A stretch of DNA of 60,983 bases, filler included, from Dimargaris cristalligena (taxonomy: Eukaryota), in assembly GCA_003614675.1 (NCBI GenBank). It is 14 parts of 14 records of this genome, joined end to end, with 100 filler letters (N's around TTAATTAATTAA, not from the genome) between each part and the next. Parts side by side here need not be neighbours in the genome. Positions count along the whole stretch, not along the records: positions 56,745 to 60,983 come from ML003815.1; 13 more parts are not named here. The stretch is one strand, 5' to 3'. A model generated the notes under the pieces. It had not been told where the DNA came from, made no database searches, and was given only the letters and a program-made list of their open reading frames with translations. This document shows, in pieces, positions 59,801-60,983 of this stretch. The first letter of the stretch is position 1. Each line of letters opens with the position of its first letter. A program made the translations under genes and the position numbers.

Positions 59801-60983
59801 AAGGCCCAGTCATTTACAACTGTCGAAAAACTGGATAGCTGAAACAGAGTCATCATCTAATCGGAGAAATGATGCAAATAGTGTGATGTTCTGGGCATCG
59901 ATCTTGAGGGTGTTGGCCAAGGTCTCTCGCATAAGTAGTAATATTGGACATAAGGTGACAATAGCACCGGTTTCGTCTGTGGCGCCCACTGGTAGAGGCC
60001 GAAACCTGAAGTGCCTTCTGATCGGCCTTACCCATTGCGGTTGTTGGGATACGATCCATTGCAACGGTAAAATTAGGTACCAAGTAATGGATGAGTTTAG
60101 AGTAGAGATGGTTTTTAAGGGCCATTGTACCAACCAATTTGGGGTATATATAGAGAACGAGTCATTGGAGGAATACGTAGGCCACAGTGTGATTAGTCCT
60201 CTATCACTGATGAGGCGGTGGTTTCAAAATTTCCCAGTTCGACATGATAGTTGCGCCATTTCACCCATAAGTCTTTTCACGAAATGAATTAAGCCTTGCC
60301 ACTGGTGAGTTAGCTCACCAGTCCGATGCAGGCAATTGTGGTCAACCAGATTGGGAATAAACAAGTTGACAGCAAGCTCAGGCTGTTTCTAGTACCCAGT
60401 GCTAACTCCAATACCGCCGATACAGAACTCACCGGGGACACCCATGGGAACAGGCTGAAGCTGACTGTCGAGAATATAGCCTGGGATATTGGTAATTGGG
60501 TAACCAGCGGATACAGGTGAATTTATTCAAATTTGACCAGTGTGGAACCCAGCTGTAGCTTGAGCCGGCCCTTAGTAACATAATCGGGTAACATGTGCAC
60601 ATCACTGATATACGACATGTGTCGTAAGAGCCTCACCAGTAGCAAACACTTTAATGGTATTCGGATACCTGTATGAATCAATGGTAGACAGGAGAGAAGG
60701 TAAGGGAATGCGGGTATTTGCCCTAGTAACAGTATACTCGAAATTTCCATCTATCAGTACCAGCGTGCCATCCGAGTGAAAGACACAGAATATTTAAATG
60801 AGATATTCATCAAAGGAAATATTCGGAAGTCGTAGGAATCAGCATTCAGAACCGAGGTGGATGATCACACAGCTAGTTAGTATGAGGTTGGCTAGTGATT
60901 CATGCCACATATGAATATCCTTGGGCCGACCGGCAGTTCCCAAAGTGATAACAATATAGGTCGAGTCATGAGGGGTGCAGGTG
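56849..60983 (-). pseudogene. Heavily decayed NRPS (A-T-E-C)
   Basis: Minus strand: LHRTGEL (A7-like, about 60320), IPTTAMGKADQKAL (A10), PCP remnant LDDDSVSAIQF (about 59840), C-domain WVHHALLDGWSAGLLL (57601-57648). E domain inferred from spacing and weak remnants. Many stops and frameshifts. Confidence 0.85.
58953..59330 (-). mobile_element. Solo LTR, family D (378 bp), TSD CATAG, inside the NRPS pseudogene
   Basis: TGTAACG ... CGTCACA termini; CATAG at 58948-58952 and 59331-59335. Minus-strand TATAAAAA and AATAAA. CpGs retained. Confidence 0.92.

Overview
Eukaryotic (fungal) DNA, not a contiguous locus. It is 14 unrelated small contigs (about 4.24-4.30 kb each, in descending length order) joined by artificial 100-bp spacers (N-run, TTAATTAATTAA, N-run), so nothing can be inferred across gaps. 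GT-AG introns, a SUN protein, a chromovirus, PA-domain subtilisin and A-T-E NRPS relics suggest an early-diverging fungus, possibly Dimargaris-like Zoopagomycota (inference only). Intact or partial genes: ArAE/FUSC-like transporter, SUN-domain protein, PPR protein, His/Cys/Met-rich NmrA-like protein, 4-TM protein, Tpa1/OGFOD1, tRNA-Gln(CUG), a secreted (GGN/GGD) repeat protein, a 4-exon I9 protease inhibitor missed by the ORF track, a C2-domain protein and Las1. The CpG-depleted remainder holds several LTR families (three solo LTRs with exact 5-bp TSDs), a chromodomain Ty3/gypsy element, two NRPS pseudogenes and a subtilisin pseudogene. The strongest leads are (1) a CpG-focused hypermutation signature, including CG->TA double hits, affecting both transposons and multicopy gene families, and (2) a secreted glycine-rich protein built from 8 pairs of GGN modules with dibasic linkers.
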